64,000 nucleotides of DNA, taken from a plasmid. Below are positions 62,000-64,000 of the stretch, one piece after another. Both the position numbers and the translations under genes were made by a program. The notes below the pieces were generated by a model. It did not search any database, was not told where the DNA came from, and saw only the letters and a program-made list of their open reading frames with translations. Each line of letters starts with the position of its first letter. Positions within the stretch are counted from its first letter, which is position 1. The DNA lies in sequence record NZ_CP024444.1, one strand, 5' to 3'.

Positions 62000-63340
62000 C
62001 AAGGTGTCATCTTGCCAGCTTCACATTGATTGAAGCAATCGCAGATTAATTAGATATAATGGCTTGCACTATATCAATACGTTTTCCGATCTAAATTTCT
62101 TCTTTAACTAACATATATTCTCTTGACTCCCCCCCCCCCTTGCTAAAGCAAGGGGATTCCTTCCACAAGACGGTCAAGCCCGACCGCAAGAATGTTTTTA
62201 CTGGCATTGATATCTCTATCATGCCATGTGCCACACGAAGCACAAGTCCATTCCCTTATTCCAAGCGATTTTCTACCTTTCGGACTATTGTCGGTGATTT
62301 CACCACAACACGAACATCGCTGGGTCGTGTATCGTTCATTCACGATTTCAAAACGGCAACCTGCGTTCTCGCATTTGTAGGCCAGTTGTTGTTTCATTTC
62401 AAACCAACCTGCATCGTAAACCGATTTGGCTAGTTTGCCTTTTTTACTGTTAAATTGATTGGTTTTAACGTCACCAACTACAATTAGGGCATTGTCTTTA
62501 ACTAGTCGTGTGGTGAATTTGTGAATTAGGTCTTGCCGTGTATGTTTGATTTTGGCATGGATTGCCTTGACACGCTGTTTGTTTTTGGCACGTTGGGCGG
62601 TAGCTAACGCTTTGGCATATTTAAGCGTTTGCTTGATTTGTAGCTTGTCACCGTTTGAGGTGGTGGCACTTTCCTTTAAGCCTAAGTCTATGCCAACACT
62701 ACCAGTACCACATGATTGTTTGGGATAGTCTTTGACGGTGACACAGGCATACCAACGATTACGGCTGTCTTGCACGACCTCAAGGGTGTTGATTTGGTAA
62801 AGCGATAGGTTGTAGCTGTCCCATAGGTCGATGATTAGCTTTTGTCCTTTGGCTAGGCTTAGTTGTAGTGTTGATTTTAAGCCCTTTTTACCAGTTTGGT
62901 GCGTGGCAATATGCTTAATGGCAGATTGTTTAAATGGTAGCCAACCCAAGCTTTTACGCTTAGAGTTTGGGTTGTTGGTTCGCCATGATAACTTAGCTTT
63001 TTTGAATTGCTTACGGCTTTTGGCGTGGGTTTCGTTGATGGCTTGGATGGTCTGACTGTGTAAGCCAAGTAGTTCACCGCTACCTTTGGTGTAGTCGTTT
63101 AGGTCATAAGCACTAAAGAACTTGCCAGTTTTTTGTAGGTGTCTGTAACTCAAATCATTGACATAATTCCACACGAAATTGACTGAACCGCTTAGGCGGT
63201 TTAATTGGTCTGCGTGTTTATCTCGTATGCGTAACTTGAGTGTTTTCATGGGTTTATTTTAACACATTTAGCAAAATTTTGTGCGTAAGCATGGTTACGG
63301 AGTTGCCTTATATCCACCGCCTGAAGTCGGTGGTTTTACG
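62000..63340 (-). mobile_element. IS200/IS605-family element of the tnpB-only (IS1341-like) type; ends approximate
   Basis: The 5' side of tnpB has the hairpin CCACCGcctgaagtCGGTGG at about 63308-63327 (LE-like). The 3' end overlaps a strong hairpin CCCCTTGCtaaaGCAAGGGG at about 62140-62160 and is followed by about 140 bp of non-coding sequence (RE/omega-RNA region). Confidence 0.5.
62143..63249 (-). CDS. tnpB: TnpB (IS605 OrfB family RNA-guided endonuclease)
   Basis: 368 aa with a RuvC-like split domain and a C-terminal zinc finger (CSCCG...CASCG), typical of OrfB/TnpB. Confidence 0.8.
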   Translation of the reverse strand: MKTLKLRIRDKHADQLNRLSGSVNFVWNYVNDLSYRHLQKTGKFFSAYDLNDYTKGSGELLGLHSQTIQAINETHAKSRKQFKKAKLSWRTNNPNSKRKSLGWLPFKQSAIKHIATHQTGKKGLKSTLQLSLAKGQKLIIDLWDSYNLSLYQINTLEVVQDSRNRWYACVTVKDYPKQSCGTGSVGIDLGLKESATTSNGDKLQIKQTLKYAKALATAQRAKNKQRVKAIHAKIKHTRQDLIHKFTTRLVKDNALIVVGDVKTNQFNSKKGKLAKSVYDAGWFEMKQQLAYKCENAGCRFEIVNERYTTQRCSCCGEITDNSPKGRKSLGIREWTCASCGTWHDRDINASKNILAVGLDRLVEGIPLL

Positions 63341-63378
63341 ACAACGGAGGATAAAAATTTATATACAGCTGGTCGATC

Positions 63379-63610
63379 CAAAAACTTGCGTTAACGCAAA
63401 CTTTTTACTCGCATCCAAAATTTGGCCACACTCAAAAAAACTTGCGTTAACGCAAACTTTTCAAACACAGCTGGTCGATCCAAAAACTTGCGTTAACGCA
63501 AACTTTTTACTTCTACACCCAAAACTTGGCTACATCAAAAAACTTGCGTTAACGCAAACTTTTCAAACACAGCTGGTCGATCCAAAAACTTGCGTTAACG
63601 CAAACTTTGT
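63379..63610. promoter_or_regulatory. cluster of five copies of the 14-bp perfect palindrome TTGCGTTAACGCAA (candidate operators or centromere-like site)
   Basis: Copies sit at about 63384, 63443, 63487, 63541 and 63590. Three are preceded by CAGCTGGTCGATCC, and they alternate with CCAAAAYTTGGCYACA, giving roughly 103-bp periodicity. The cluster lies 170 bp upstream of a KorA-like HTH gene. Confidence 0.6.
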
Positions 63611-63775
63611 AAATTGGTCATAGAGTAGGAAATAATTAATGACTGTTTAATAAAAAAGGAGTTAGATAAGTCTGAGCCTACTATTAAACGTTTAAATAAT
63701 ATTAAAAAAAGATTGTTAATTCTTTTCAAGTAAGATATTATTACCTTGCATGCAATAAGTCTTAAGGCGGTAATA

Positions 63776-64000
63776 ATGGTTAAAACCAATGAAATAAAGG
63801 GTACGGTTACCGAACAACAATTTGAGTCGGCGATTAGCAAAACCAAGATAAAGCAAAAAGGTAAGGATATTGCTTACAAAGTTTTGGTGCTGGGTTCAGA
63901 TATTAATGAAGTTGCCGCATCAAACAACATGAGTTACCAAAGGGTAAAAAAAATTTGTGAGCGCGTTCATAGCGAAGTAGGTAATGACAAAATGATGGAA
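63776..64000 (+). CDS. KorA/TrfB-like HTH transcriptional repressor (5' part; runs off the window)
   Basis: MVKTNEIKGTVTEQQFESAISKTKIKQKGKDIAYKVLVLGSDINEVAASNNMSYQRVKKICERVHSEV has no stop before 64000. The pattern TExQFxxAI...IAxxVLVxG...EVA...QxVxK...RV resembles IncP KorA. Confidence 0.45.
   Translation, partial: MVKTNEIKGTVTEQQFESAISKTKIKQKGKDIAYKVLVLGSDINEVAASNNMSYQRVKKICERVHSEVGNDKMME

Noticed and set aside
23560-62000. Interpretation of the gene array as a classical integron or superintegron cassette array
   Set aside because: No intI or attI lies in the window. The conserved element lies upstream of each ORF and contains a promoter, leader and RBS rather than a downstream attC with R''/L''/L'/R' architecture. 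Every unit also has its own terminator. GTTAAAC does fit the GTTRRRY core, so the idea is kept only as an analogy in the findings.
23560-62000. Interpretation of the region as a prophage early region
   Set aside because: No structural, terminase, integrase or lysis genes are present. ssb and ardC, a ParM homolog and T4SS genes on the same contig point to a conjugative plasmid instead.

Overview
This window looks like a fragment of a conjugative plasmid (about 41% GC), and I read it in four parts. (1) Positions 1-4300 hold a partial ParM/StbA-like actin-type partition ATPase and a co-oriented operon that resembles an I-type type IV secretion module: a lipoprotein, a secreted Thr-rich protein, a PilT/DotB-family ATPase and a small membrane protein. 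(2) Positions 4497-22710 form a composite-transposon-like block of about 18 kb. Two directly repeated IS982-family copies bound it, and 7-bp direct repeats (ATTAAAT) flank the whole structure. It carries a UvrA-class-II-like ABC ATPase, NDH-2, a complete glutathione-dependent formaldehyde detoxification cluster (frmR-frmA-gfa-fghA plus an unknown 444-aa membrane protein), an IS5-family element, an AT-rich island with gshA and a ZIP-family metal transporter, and cydB-cydX with a cydA remnant truncated by an IS3-family element. (3) Positions 22907-23550 are a perfect tandem array of about 16 copies of a 40-bp repeat, which is not a CRISPR array. (4) Positions 23560-62000 are the unusual part, a roughly 38-kb array of about 47 mostly small genes, all on the minus strand. 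Nearly every gene is an insulated monocistronic unit. Each begins with a near-identical 200-300 bp intergenic module containing the motif TAGCGATAGCTTGATATAG...CAYCACGCC, an operator-like triple of CGGTTAAACCG sites around a consensus sigma70 promoter (TTGATT, 17 nt, TATTAT), and a conserved CA-rich leader ending in AAAAGGA before the ATG. Each unit ends in a rho-independent terminator. The cargo comprises SSB, ArdC, four pentapeptide-repeat proteins, an XRE-family regulator, two small hydrophobic peptides, at least five diversified paralog families (one with six members) and many ORFans. This content and co-orientation fit a plasmid leading-region establishment or anti-defence island, but I do not recognise the repeated promoter-cassette architecture. 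A TnpB-only IS200/IS605-type element at 62143-63249 bounds the array. Beyond it lies a cluster of five 14-bp perfect palindromes (TTGCGTTAACGCAA) just upstream of a partial KorA/TrfB-like HTH repressor gene at the window end.
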